The notes under the pieces: generated by a model
Databases searched by the model: none
Seen by the model: the letters and a program-made list of their open reading frames with translations, nothing else
Told to the model about the DNA's origin: nothing
Program-made: the position numbers and the translations under genes
Shown here: piece by piece, positions 22,500 through 34,049 of the stretch
How positions within the stretch are numbered: the stretch's first letter is position 1
Layout of the letters: each line of letters begins with the position of its first letter
From: Carcharhinus longimanus
Lineage: Eukaryota
Direction of reading: 5' to 3'
Assembly (NCBI GenBank): GCA_030264375.1
Contig: JASCQW010000132.1
Location: 89,524,180 to 89,588,179, forward strand
DNA: 64,000 nt

Positions 22500-23335
22500 T
22501 TGGCATTGTGTTGCTATCCTTCCATCAATAGGTGCAATAATTGATGTTTGTGGTCTTCATGCCATGCTCGTATGCATTCTCTAAATAGTGCCTTTGGTCT
22601 CTTACTAGTTGTCTGAAGGTACAGAAGGTCTTTGGATATGTGACCATCTTCTAATCTGTGGACATACCCAAGCTTCTGAAGCCAGAAATGTTTGATGAGC
22701 TCCAACGCATTTGGAAGCTCTGCCTTTAAGAAGACAGCTGCACCGCTGACTTCCTCCTGCCAGAGTATATCCATAATGCACCATAGATAGTAAAGATGGA
22801 AATTACTGAGTTTTTTTTCTTGCTAGCTATAAGTTGCCCACTTTTCACAGCTGTACAGCTAGCACAGGCCTTATAAACCATCATCTTGTTCCTAAGGGTC
22901 AGCTTGATATCCTATACAAGTTTTGCGAGTCAGCCAAAAATGGTAGCTGCTGTCCTGATGTGTGTATTGGCCTCTGCAATAAGGGACAGATTGGCTGTCA
23001 CCATGGACCTAAAGTAGCAGAATTTGCCAACCATTTCAAGTTGGGGGGGTTATTTAGTGTGATTGAGGTGGAGTTGCAACATCTTATTCCATAACAAAGT
23101 TTTCTTGACATAATGGGTGGGATTTTACAGCCTTGCACAGATGAGATTAGAAATTCTTGCCCGAGTCAACAGAGATTTCTGTTGTCGGTCCCTTGCCTGT
23201 GCTGATTCTGTGGCGGCTGAGGTGGTAGAGTTCTGGCCTTAAAGCCAGGGAGAGTAAGTTACAAGAATGAAAGAAAGAGTCCATGAGACTTTGCAGCTGA
23301 GTCTCTGTGTCACTTGCTATTAATAGCATTAGAAT
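22500..23335 (-). mobile_element. RTE (BovB-like) LINE fragment interrupted by a MITE
   Basis: ORFs give ILWQEEVS...LGYVHRLEDGHISKDLLY...KRPK and ASDTETQLQSLMDSFFHSC, matching RTE RT C-terminus (WLGHVHRMEDGRIPKDLLY; HTEEQLQRLMDRF). Confidence 0.88.
23115..23238. mobile_element. About 125-bp Harbinger-type MITE
   Basis: Imperfect TIRs gggtgggattttac / gtagagttctggcc; similar to 46961, 57967 and 60763. Confidence 0.7.
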
Positions 23336-23424
23336 AAAATTGGTAACCTTACCATCCTCTTAACATTGGTGATGCAACTGAATAAAGGCAGCAAAGCAGG
23401 TATTCAAAGTGTCTTTCCTGTTTC

Positions 23425-23585
23425 ATAAAACAATAAAAGATAGGAACAGAAGTAGGCCATTTAGCCCATCGAGTCTGCTCGATCATTCATTGATGCCAGC
23501 ACTGATCTGATATGATAATTCTCAACTCCACTTTCCCCCTTATCCCGATAACCCTTGATTCACTTACTAATTAAAATTCTGATCA
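23425..23585 (-). mobile_element. CR1 3' tail
   Basis: agataggaacagaagtaggccatttagcccatcgagtctgctc...ccttgattcacttactaattaaaattct. Confidence 0.8.
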
Positions 23586-23969
23586 GACAATAAGCCCATT
23601 TTAATATGGAAGTTAGAATCCCATGATGACATAAATAAGATCCAAATTATGGCTTTTGGTTGGAATTGATCAAAGCCAGGAACTGGAACAGAAGAGGCCT
23701 GCCGAAGTTAAGTGTTGAATCATTTTTGTGTCTTCTGCAAGAATATCAGAACTTGTGTGCTCCTATGAGGACCAATAAAATAACCTGGGCGCTGCCGTTC
23801 CAGGAACTCATTCCCTGCGCTGCTAACCACCTTGGTCTGATCTTGAGGGTTTGGGCCCAAAACTGCAGGGATGTGTCTGCTGCTGGAGCAGGCGACTGTT
23901 TAGTGCTCTCCACTGATCAGTGACTTAATAGTCCAAATCAGCCCCTTTGACATTCTGTTACAAATCTCA

Positions 23970-24230
23970 GGCAGTATGGTGGCACAGTGGTTAGCACTGC
24001 TGCCTGGATGGGTCTGTGTGGGTTTCTTCCAGATGCTCCTGTTCTCTTCCGCAGACCAAAAATATGCAGGTTAGGTTGATTGACTATGCTATGTTGACCC
24101 TAGTGTCCGGAGGGGGTTAGCAGGGTAAATATGTAAGGTTCTGGGAAAAGGGCCTGGGTGGGATTGTTGTAGGTGCCAACTTGATGGGTTGAATAGCCTC
24201 CTGCACTGTAGGGATTCTATGATTCTATGA
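23970..24230 (+). mobile_element. HE1-type V-SINE, internally deleted
   Basis: ggcagtatggtggcacagtggttagcactgctgcc...ctgcactgtagggattctatgattctatga. Confidence 0.92.
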
Positions 24231-24489
24231 ATCTGAACAGTTTTTATGCAAATGTTGTAATGTAGGCATGTCTAATGGGAGTCAGATGAGTGTGGTTAAA
24301 GTAACAACTTGCAAATGCAGTTAAGTTATTCACAATAATAGAATGACCAGACTTGAAACAAAGTTTTTTCTCCAAATGAAAAGTTGGTTACTTGATCATT
24401 CCTTCCACATTGCCTGCAAGTTGGGATAAAATACAATGTTCTGAGCAAAATTGTTACAAACTGTAACACTTATAAGTGAGTGAAACAAC

Positions 24490-24770
24490 TTAGACTTTTG
24501 GAAGTGGCATCATTGTTGTAACATTGGAAAAACAATGGCCAATTTTTGTTAAGTTCTCACAAAGAGCAATGAGATATTGGCCAGATACTTTAGTTTCGGA
24601 ATGTTGGTTCATGGATCTCCATCTACCACGATACCAGGGAGAAGCCCTTAGCAGGCGAGCGGTGTCTAATGTCTAAGTTGGTTTAATGGCTAAACTGAAA
24701 AATGGTACTTCTGACAGTACAGCACTCCCTTATTTTGTACTGAAGTAAGAGATGCAGGAATGAACTACTC
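24490..24770 (-). mobile_element. Deu-domain SINE (SacSINE1-like), degenerate
   Basis: aaaacaatggccaatttttg...gagcaatgagatattggccagata...actgaaaaatggtacttctgacagtacagcactccct. Confidence 0.7.
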
Positions 24771-25654
24771 AAAATAAATTGCAAAAAACAACACACTAGC
24801 CAGAATTTCATATGCGAAGTTACCGGTTCTAAATGTGCTTTTAAACATCATTATCCAGCTAGTCAAGGTTTAGCAGTGGAGGCTGATTCAGGACAATGTT
24901 GTTGCTGCATTCACAACCTGACCTCTACCATCTGAACCTGAGCTCTCATTCTATAATTGGCAGCAGCACAAGTGGGATAAGCATGATCAATGCCATACCT
25001 TGAACAAGTGTGTCCTCCTGAAATCGATCTCTGCTGAGAAAACCTTGATGTTGTCATAATGGATGCTATTTTTACAGTGATCTTTATAACCCATTTATAT
25101 CAGACAAATTGTCCAAATAACATAAAGTCTGGCCGTCATAAAGTGGAGGGTAGAGAAAGAAGATAGAATTGACACTTAAGTAAGAACAAGAAATACAAGT
25201 GCACAAATGTCATAATTTTTACTTGAATCTTTATAATAATCAGTGCAATATTTTAAAATAATGCAATAAAATATATTTAGTTTAGTAGCAGCAAAAAATT
25301 AGGATTTAAGCAGTTAAATATGTTTACTGTGTCCATTAAACTTCCATAAATAAACTATAATACATATTACAATGGGTGATAGCTTCATCCAACTACCTGA
25401 AGCTGACTTTGCTAAATATTGACAAATAGAGCTTTGATTTATCCCACTTCAATGACACAAGGTTGGCCCATTAGCTATAAGTCATACAAACCTGGAGAGC
25501 TAAGTGCAGAGCTCATTATTAGTCTCAGCCAAATATCTAGGGTAGCGAAAAAATAGCTGGTAATAAAGAGATCACTGTGATCTCTTCTATCCTCACCATC
25601 TGGCAAATGAACTGAGAAAAAGACAAAAACATTTTCATGTATACAGTACTTCAC

Positions 25655-26010
25655 CATGTTCAGTGGATTACTTTGGAAATATAGTCATTGTTGTTTTGGC
25701 AAACACAACAGCCAATTTGTACAGTACAAAGTTCCCTCCCATATATATAGTTTTTCATGTTCGTTATGGTTGACACAGAGAGCTCTTCATTAAATAGTTA
25801 TTTTGGAATTTTTTTGTTATGCCCAACTAATCTGGCAAATAGTTCCTTGCTTTAGTTGCTCAATCAAGAAGCAGCACCTCTTGCAACACGATACTCCAGT
25901 ATCATATTATTTTCATCTAATACTATGTGCTAAAGTGCTGGAGTAGCACTTGAACTGATGAAGCTCTTTCTTTTTTAAGAGGTATGAAGGCTACCATCTA
26001 GCACTCTGGC
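25655..26010 (-). mobile_element. Deu-domain SINE (SacSINE1-like), degenerate
   Basis: atagtcattgttgttttggcaaacacaacagccaatttgtac...tgtgctaaagtgctggagtagcacttgaac. Confidence 0.6.
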
Positions 26011-26039
26011 CAACCTAACACTACAGCATACAGATTACC

Positions 26040-26360
26040 AGCTAAGTGAGCTACAAACGTAGAATAGATTGTGTGGGTATAAAACTATTGTCTCCAGCAA
26101 AGCTAGGTATGGGAAGGAAGTTAAAAATAGATCTGGATAATATCTGATCAGAACAGGGTTGTAAATGCGGGCAGGACAGATTAAGGTCGTTTGGAAATTT
26201 AGAACTGAGGTGCCGTAGAAATGTCTGTAAAGGATGGCAATTGGTCAACACTGAAGAATCTACACTGTAAAAAAGATCAACAAACGTGCTGACGGTTTTG
26301 CGTAATTTACCTAGGAGAGGTGGGAGAGAGTGTGATAGAATTTTCTTCAAGAGACTAAAT
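26040..26360 (+). mobile_element. Very degenerate CR1 3' fragment
   Basis: atagatctggataat...aaatttagaactgaggtgccgtagaaatgtct resembles the CR1 KFRTEVR segment. Confidence 0.4.
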
Positions 26361-26387
26361 ACATGAATGAGGTTTCATGTAGCTGCT

Positions 26388-26530
26388 GGTGTCAGCCTTA
26401 ATTACATATTAGCACACTTATTTCCAAGTTTGAATATTGTGGGCCCTACACCAGAGGCCTAAGCACAAAGAGTAGGCTGACGCTGTAGTGCAGTATTGAA
26501 GGATGGCTGTGTTGTTGGAGGTTTTGCTTT
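26388..26530 (+). mobile_element. Deu-domain SINE 5' portion
   Basis: gtgtcagcc...aagcacaaagagtaggctgacgctgtagtgcagtattgaaggatggctgtgttgttggagg; reverse-complement match to 30910-31100. Confidence 0.7.
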
Positions 26531-26532
26531 CA

Positions 26533-27178
26533 TGAATCATAGAATGGTTGCAGCACCAAAGGAAGCTATCCACTTTATCAAATCTGTGCTGGCTGTCTAC
26601 AATTGCAGTCTACCTTATCCCACTCCCTAGTCCTTCCCCAAAGCCCTGCAAATATTTTCCTTTCAAGTTTTTGTCCAATTCCCTTTTGAAAGCCATGACT
26701 GAATTTGCTTCCCCCAAAAAGGCTCCCCTATCCACAGCAAAAGCAGTGGCTTTGATTATTTTTTGCCAATTACCTTAATCATTCTGTTCTGCTACCGACA
26801 ATGATTTGTGGACATGTCCCCCAAGGTCTCTGTTTTTGAACACCACTACCCATCCAATTTAGAATTGTACTTTTTAATTTATAACACACTTTCCTCGCTT
26901 TTCCCACTAAAATCTATCACTGCTCTTCTCTGAGTTAAATTTCATCTGCCCATTCCACCAGCCTATCCATGTTCTCCTGAATTCCATCAGCATTCTCCTC
27001 ACTTTCACTGCACTTCTAAGTTTTCCACAGATTTTGAAATTATGCCCTGTGTACCCAAGTCCAAATCATTAATATGTATATGAAGAACAGCAGTGAACGG
27101 CGTATTAACCCATGGAGAAACCCAGCCATTGCGTATCTTCCTCCAGTCTGAAATTCAACTGTTCACCACTACTCTCAA
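26533..27178 (-). mobile_element. CR1 LINE, internally deleted (RT fragment plus 3' end)
   Basis: Tail atcatagaatggttgcagcaccaaaggaagc; minus strand of 27025-27100 reads LLFFIYINDLDLGTQGIISK (RT, just before the FADD position). Confidence 0.8.
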
Positions 27179-27499
27179 TTTCGAGCAAAAGTGTAACATG
27201 TGTAACATTTGCAATTCCTACTCCTCTGCTCCACACCTGTATCTTAAGGAGCACTGGAAGATAAAATGAGATTCTACAAAATAAAGTTATAATTCATTGA
27301 AGACTTCACTATATTGAAAAAGCACTTGCATTCATAAAAACCTATTGACTACATTTACAATCTTTCAACTAAATAATGCCTCATAACAACAAATATTTCA
27401 TTCAAGTGCACAATCCCTTATAATAACAAGCTTTGGAATTCATAATCCCACTTCACAGAGCCTATAACGAATGTAGCTGTCAATCGAACTGTGAACTTG

Positions 27500-27978
27500 C
27501 AGGCTGATTCCCAGGATGGCAGAACTGTCATATGAGAAGAGACTATGTCAGTTAGGATTACATTTATTGGAGTTTAGCCGAGTGAGAGGGGATCTCATAG
27601 AAACTTGTAAACTTCTAACAGGATCAGACAGGGTAGATTCAGAAGGAGTGTTCCTAATGATGGAGGGAGTCCAGAATTAGGGTTCATAGTTTGAGGATAA
27701 GGAGTAAACCTTTTAGGACTGAGGTGAGAGAAATTTCTTTACCCAGAGTGGTGAATCTGTGAAATTCACTACCACAGAAAGTAATTGGGGCCAAAATTGA
27801 GTGATTTCAAGAACAAATAGATATAGCTTTTGGGGCTAAAAGGATTGAGGGATCCTGGGGAAGGTGAGATCAAGATACTGAATTTGATGACCAGCCATGA
27901 TCATAATGAATAGCGGAGCAGGATCAATGGGCTGAATGGCTTTCTCCTGCTTCTTTTTTTAATGTATGTTTCTGTGTA
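27500..27978 (+). mobile_element. CR1 LINE 3' end
   Basis: Reads RLIPRMAELSYEKRLCQLGLHLLEFSRVRGDLIETCKLLTGSDRVD, then 3' UTR gggctgaatggctttctcctgcttct. Confidence 0.92.
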
Positions 27979-28128
27979 TAATGTATGATTGTGAGATAGT
28001 CATGCAGTACTAATCCAATAATTGAAGGTCTCCGCTTTATATCAACAGTGTGTGTGAAGTAACAAGCATTTTTTTAATACTCCAGAAATTTTTTACAAAG
28101 ATTTAAAGGGCAGAGCTTTTAAATGTTT

Positions 28129-28208
28129 TGACAATTTTGACAGATTCCTTTGACAGGTACTTCTGACAGCTTTGACAGATCAGTTGACAGCTCCAATAAG
28201 CTTGACAG
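28129..28208 (+). repeat. Cluster of six TGACAG plus one TGACAA hexamers
   Basis: TGACAG at 28138, 28151, 28164, 28173, 28185 and 28203, all on the same strand. Confidence 0.9.
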
Positions 28209-29027
28209 TAGTTAGTTTATGCATTTTTACATATATTTTTGCATATTTTTAACGATTCCAATGCACACTATACATATCCGGAAGGGCACGTGACCATCCC
28301 CCAAGGCATCCTGCGACCATATCCAAAGGGGTGCATTACCTCTCCAAATGCTTATGCTAGCTATCCAAACAAATCCATAAAGTTCAGGCCTGCTATTACC
28401 CATCAAATCTGCACATTGGGGTGTCTCAGTCCTGGCCTGCCAAAATCCCACTTCAGTGGAGGCAGCTGATGTTTGAAGTTGCCAGCTGCCTCTGTAAACT
28501 GGATGTGCATGAGACATGCCCGCCTCCAATCCTGCCCCCATGGAAATGGGAAGTGAGTTCAGAAGTGAGGGTACAGCATCTCCATTGTGGCAAAACCTGG
28601 GCCAGAATTTTCGAGTTAATGTCTTGCATTGGAAAGGAAAATGTTGCAGAATGATAAGAAGCAGATCAAAGTTCATGACATTTACTGGGTTAATAAGCAG
28701 TCAGTAGCCTTGTTGGTGGTCTCTCGGTTAATAAATCATAAATAGCACTGTATACGCAATGGAATTCGGTTGGTAAATTACGCTAACCATGTAAATAATG
28801 TCTGAAATGAAAGACCANNNNNNNNNNNNNNNNNNNNNNNNNNNNNNNNNNNNNNNNNNNNNNAGTTTGTAATGTGTAACATAAATAATGAATTCAGCCA
28901 AATAGTCTTATTTGGCTGAATAGAGCAAACAGAAGAATTGCATGCAATTTTAAGTCTTCAGACATTCAGTATAAAACAATTAACTTTCACTCTTCACTAA
29001 AAGGAGATAGCTTAAAAGTTGTCCTCA

Positions 29028-29323
29028 AGGTTTCAAGTTTATTTATTATTGTCGCAATAATTACATTATTAACATGGCAATGAAGTTACTGTAAAAATCC
29101 CCTAGTCGCCACACTCCAGCACTTGTTTGGGTACACTGAGGGAGAATTTAGCATGGCTATATAACCAGCATGTGTTTTGGACTGTGGGAGAAAACCAGAG
29201 CACCTGGAGGAAACCCATGCAGACACAGGAAGAATGTGCAGACTTCACACAGTGACCCAAGCTGGGAGTCGAACCTGGGTCCCTGGTGCTATGACGCAGC
29301 AGTGCTAACCACTGTGTCACCAC
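29028..29323 (-). mobile_element. Alternative-tail V-SINE
   Basis: caatgaagttactgtaaaaatccctagtcgccacactccagcacttgtttgggtacactgagggagaatttagcatggc. Confidence 0.92.
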
Positions 29324-29574
29324 TTTAGCAAGGTTTAAGGTGTTGTACAACACAGTGCTGATATTTTAAAAGTTACGTCATTTAAATCCTTCCCTACTAA
29401 TTCAAACTCTCATTCACTCTTACTTTGCAGTTTTATTCCTATCTCACACCACATATGCTATAAGTCCTCACTTTAAGTTGCCCTGTTGAATGTTGTGTCA
29501 TTTTAACATAATTTACTCTTTAGAAGGATCTAGGCCCTGGCATGAGGTGTATCTTCAGACTAGGAGTTGACCAA

Positions 29575-30000
29575 AGGGAGGGAAAGGAGAGAGAGAGACA
29601 GAGAGTAGGAGTTTCCAACCCCCTTCCCCGCAGCATGCAGCAGCAGAGGTTGCCTCCCCCGCCCCATTGGCTGATGATGGGATCTTCCAGTCCCGCTGAC
29701 ATCATCAAGGCATTCTGTTGTTTACACCCTCTGTCACCGGGGAACCTGTAAGATCCTGCTGGTGGGAACTGCTGGAAAATCCTATCCAGACTAACAGGGA
29801 GTGGGAAAGGACAGAGAGAGACAGACATGGGAAAGGAGAGAGAAGGAGAGAGAGAGACAAACAAACAAGCAGAATGAGGAAGAGCAGCGAGAAAGACAGA
29901 CATGGGAAAGGAAAGGGGAGGTAGAGACAAAGTGCAAAAGCAGAAAGAAAGAGTGGGAAAAAGAGAAAGAGAAGGAGTGAGAATGGAAAGCAAGCAAATT
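29575..30000 (+). repeat. Purine-rich (GA/GACA) low-complexity tract with an inserted Harbinger-type MITE (about 29606-29788)
   Basis: gagagagagacagaga tracts on both sides of ...tgggatcttccagtcccgctgacatcatc...ctggaaaatcctatcc. Confidence 0.7.
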
Positions 30001-30367
30001 GGGTTTCAGGAATCCTCTGGGTGAGAAACAGAAGCTGTGCTACTAGGGCTTGTTGTTATCTTAATTTGAATTTAGATAGTATGTCTATTCTACCCAGTGA
30101 TTTATTTCAGTATTTAAGTTATTCCAGCTACACATGTCTGGCACAGTATTTCAACTCGTACATTGCTTTTTCCTGGACAAGAAATGTCTGAAGGAACCTA
30201 ACTCTGACTTTAACATTGAAACCTCTGGAAACCCTGATTCACTCAACATTGTTTTACTTAAAGTCATGATCACCAGGAAAACAATCACAGCTTTTAAGTG
30301 AGGACTTACTGTATCAAAGCCAACACCTATTTCCTCAACCCCCTCCCACCCAGCTACTGACCACACA

Positions 30368-30728
30368 AACATATGAAATAGCAGCTGGGTTAGGCTATTT
30401 GGCCCCTCGAGCCTGCTCCACCTTTTGAAAAGATCATGGCTGATCTGTTTGTGTAGATTTCCACATTCCCATCTACCCCTGATGACTTTTGATTCCCTTG
30501 CCCAATAAGAATATATCTACTTCTGATGAATAAATATTCAGTGATCCTGCTTCTACCGCCACCTGCGGCAAGAGTTCCAAAGTTGCACAACTCTCTGAAG
30601 TAAAAAAAAACTTTTCATCTCTGTCCTATAAGGGCAATCCCTAATTTTAAAACAGTTCTGGACTCGTCTGCAAGGGGAAACATCCGTTCAAAATCCACCC
30701 TGTCAATACTATACAGGACCATCTACTT
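30368..30728 (-). mobile_element. CR1 LINE 3' end
   Basis: taggctatttggcccctcgagcctgctccacc...agatcatggctgatctg...aagagttccaaag...atccaccctgtcaa. Confidence 0.85.
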
Positions 30729-30909
30729 TCATCTCCCCATCGCATATTAACTGAATTTATCAACCATTTTTCCTTTCTCTGGCACTGTGCTTCTTGAAAC
30801 CCATCTACTTCATATCCTCAAGAAACATGTCTTCAACTTGCCTACTTTCTCAATCTACTGCCCAATTTGTAGTCTTTCATATCTTGCCAAAATGAGGGAA
30901 TGCATTTTG

Positions 30910-31100
30910 TGTGTTAAGGGTAGACAGACTTTCAATTTAACATCTCATCCAAGGGATAGCCCCTCTGTCAGTACAGCACTCCTTAATATTGTATTGAGGT
31001 GTCAGCCTAGATTATGTGCTCACCCCTGTGAAATAGGGCATGAATCCACAATCTTCATGACTCATAGGCAAACAGGCTACCACTAAGCCATGGCTGACAC
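30910..31100 (-). mobile_element. Deu-domain SINE 5' portion
   Basis: tttaacatctcatccaagggatagcccctctgtcagtacagcactcc...gtgtcagcctagattatgtgctca...ctaagccatggctgacac. Confidence 0.82.
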
Positions 31101-31571
31101 TAGGATGAACGCTAGACTTTATATAGTCTAGGTTGGGAATTCTCTAGTGTTTATTCACAGTTCCAATTAAATGAGTAACTTGTAAAGCACATGCACCAAA
31201 CAAACAATTATACGAATATAAGACACTCAATAGGGAACATAATGCAAACAGAACTCAAAACTATAATTGACTTGAACATTCTATAATTGAAGTACTGAAT
31301 GAAACAAGTTTTAGTAGAACATCAAATGAACACTTACCTAGAATTAGAGTAAATAATACACCATGACACAGTTTATTACAGTACTTAATTATAATTATCT
31401 TTGTCAGAGGTCGCCTCCTAAATTGGTACCATTTTTATGTTTTTTGTTAGAAACTGTGGAACTATTTTTATATTGCTGAGGTAACGGTAACATCAATAGA
31501 AGACTTGCTCCAGTTTCCTAGTTGGGAATAAAACATGATAAGAAATGTAAGTGGTCCCATACACCTCCACA

Positions 31572-31695
31572 GACAAAGAACAGTACAGCACACGAACAGG
31601 CCCTTGGCCCACCAAGCCTGTGCTGACACATGACGCCTATCTGAAGACATTTTGCCTCTAAGTGGTCCATATCCCTTGATTCCCTGCCTATTCAG
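31572..31695 (-). mobile_element. CR1 3' tail
   Basis: aaagaacagtacagcacacgaacaggcccttggcccaccaagcctgtgctgac. Confidence 0.8.
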
Positions 31696-32344
31696 TCATG
31701 AAATTTTAGCAACGTGAACAAGATTCCAGTGAACATTGATGCAAGAAGTAATCGGTGAAATACATTGAACAAATAAAGCCAGTCAATAAAACTAGTCTTC
31801 TAACCACCCATTAGCCATGATATGATGCTCAATATCTGTCACTCTGACACGCACACTGCACCAAAAATGTTGTAGACCACAAAAATATTGCTGAACTATG
31901 TGGTAACTGAAGAAGCATTTCAAAAATATTTGTTTTAAAAAAAGTCAATGGATCACAATGGAGTATCCAATGGATGTATTTCTGTTTAATTTCTTTTGCT
32001 TATTTAACACTCAAAACAAGCTTTGGTGCAAATTAACACAATATAAAACAGGCATTCATTCAACAGCGATCATTTCTCACTTTTCAATTCTACATAGATC
32101 AGTTGTGCCACAGTGAAACCAAATTGCTTATCCTCATAAACCAAGCAGAGAGGGTTTGATATGAGAGTGGGTGGAAGCAGTCGAGCCACAATCTGATGCA
32201 CCATTGGGTTTGCTCATTTGTCTATTTAGTCTTTATCTGATGAACAGATGGTTGAATGTGCCATTAGCCAATCAAAAGCTCATTAATAATTTTACTTTTT
32301 GTTTAAAGAAAACTAATTTTTGGCTTTTTTTGATAAATCAAGGT

Positions 32345-32470
32345 AAAAGAGACCAAATATTGTGAATGGAGGAAATCTGAAATAATAACAGAAAATGCTG
32401 GAAATACCTAACAGATCTGGCAGCATCTACAGATAGAAACAGCGTTAAAGTTGCAGGTTCTGACAAACTG
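32345..32470 (-). mobile_element. Family-B PLE-like pseudo-LTR fragment (possible inverted partner at 33495-33565)
   Basis: ggaaatctgaaataataacagaaaatgctggaaatacctaacagatctggcagcatctacagatagaaacagcgttaaagtt. Confidence 0.75.
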
Positions 32471-32619
32471 TCCGAGCATTTAATTGTGTGACAGAATGAA
32501 CACCCTACCACCTTGCCACTCCATCCCAATTAAATCCAGGGCATTAAGACCCTTCATCAGCCTTCTCGCGCTGCCGGTAACTGAGACCCTTGCATACACA
32601 ATTAACGAACATATAAGGG

Positions 32620-32958
32620 TCTCTGTCTACACTAACTGCTGCCTCGTAAAGCAGCCAGCATAATAAAGAATCCCAAGCACCCCAGACATACTCTCTTCCA
32701 CCTTCAAAAAGATACAAAAGTCTGAGGTCACATAGCAACTGATTGAGAACAATTTCTTCCCTGTTGCCAACAGACTTTTGAATGGACCTACCTTGCATTA
32801 AGTTGATCTTTCTCAACACCCTATCTATGACTGTAACACTACATTCTGCACTCTCTCTATTCCTTCTCTATGTCCGGTATGTTTTGTCTATATATCGTGC
32901 AAGAACAATACTTTTCACTGTATGTGTACTAATACATGTGACTAAAATAAATCAAATC
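32620..32958 (+). mobile_element. Rex1/Babar LINE 3' end
   Basis: KAASIIKNPKHPRHTLFHL...RYKSLRSHSN*LRTIS-like segment; 3' end tacatgtgactaaaataaatcaaatca. Confidence 0.85.
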
Positions 32959-32959
32959 A

Positions 32960-33490
32960 TCCCGCTGCCACTAATATTAATCCAGCTCTGGGCAGACCTG
33001 TTGCTGCACTGGAAGGGTGGCAGGAAAATCTGTGCGGGTTGCTTGTCATCTCCCAGTTGGACAGGAGTGGGGGTTGCAGTTTTCCTCCTTCAAAGGCATT
33101 CAGTGCCTGATTGGGAAAGGTTGGCATCTGCTGTGAGCCATCCCCTATCCTTACTCCCAACCACCTCTACAATCCCCTACTTAACAACTGCTTTGCNNNN
33201 NNNNNNNNNNNNNNNNNNNNNNNNNNNNNNNNNNNNNNNNNNNNNNNNNNNAGATGGCTGGCGCTTCAGCAGCAGCCATTGCTTCCCAGGGAGTGCTGCT
33301 GAACAAAATGGCTGGTATCCCTCGGTAGGTGGGAGCTGAGCCCTGGGGTCCTGAAATCGGAAAGTTCCGCTGCTGGCTTCTCAACTGCCTTTTTGGCTCA
33401 AGGTTCAGTAGGTTTCCCCAAAGGAGCCAATGTGGGTCTTTCGCAGCCTGTCTAGCCAATAGGCGAGACTCCAATTGACTCCACAAGATC
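32960..33490. mobile_element. Degenerate Harbinger-type non-autonomous element
   Basis: GC-rich block ...ccaataggcgagactcc with composition like the other MITE internals; interrupted by an N gap. Confidence 0.4.
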
Positions 33491-34049
33491 CTACTCTACA
33501 ACTCCTGCTTCTCTCTCAATAAACGTTGCCAAGCCTGCACTTCTAGTATTTTATGCTTTACTTTATATTGATGAGGCATATTGGAATGCATTAACAGTTT
33601 GGTTAGCAGGGAGGAAAATTGATGCTGTTCATTCTGTACCTTGAAACTAATAATGCGGTATTTGACAACAAATATTTACCACAGGATATTTTCCCTGGAG
33701 CTGCCAATACCAGGCATCCTCAACCTTAATTCATGCAAGAACTTTTCCATCAAGCAGAGACAGAGTTGATGTTAGTCAGAATAGTCTGGGCTGCTTTCAA
33801 ACCAAGGTGAAAATCCACTGACCCACCCATTCCTAAATAGCATGTTAGTCATTGATGATTACCCATGTTCTGTCAGATATTACATTTAGCTTTTTCCGAA
33901 AGGTCAAATTTGCGTGGCTTTTATCTTGAGTTTTAGAAACTGCTATTGTAGATTAAAATATTTTCATAATATGAGACATAATTGAATGTACTTTTTTTTA
34001 GTGGATAATAATAATAGTGAGTACAAGTGACATTGAATATTATGTGGCA

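Noticed and set aside
28129-28208. Repeat-spacer pattern considered as CRISPR-like
   Set aside because: Repeats are 6 bp with 3-12 bp spacers in a vertebrate genome, with no cas genes.
29791-29997. Ser/Phe/Leu-rich and Arg/Glu-rich ORFs
   Set aside because: Translations of a GA-rich low-complexity tract.
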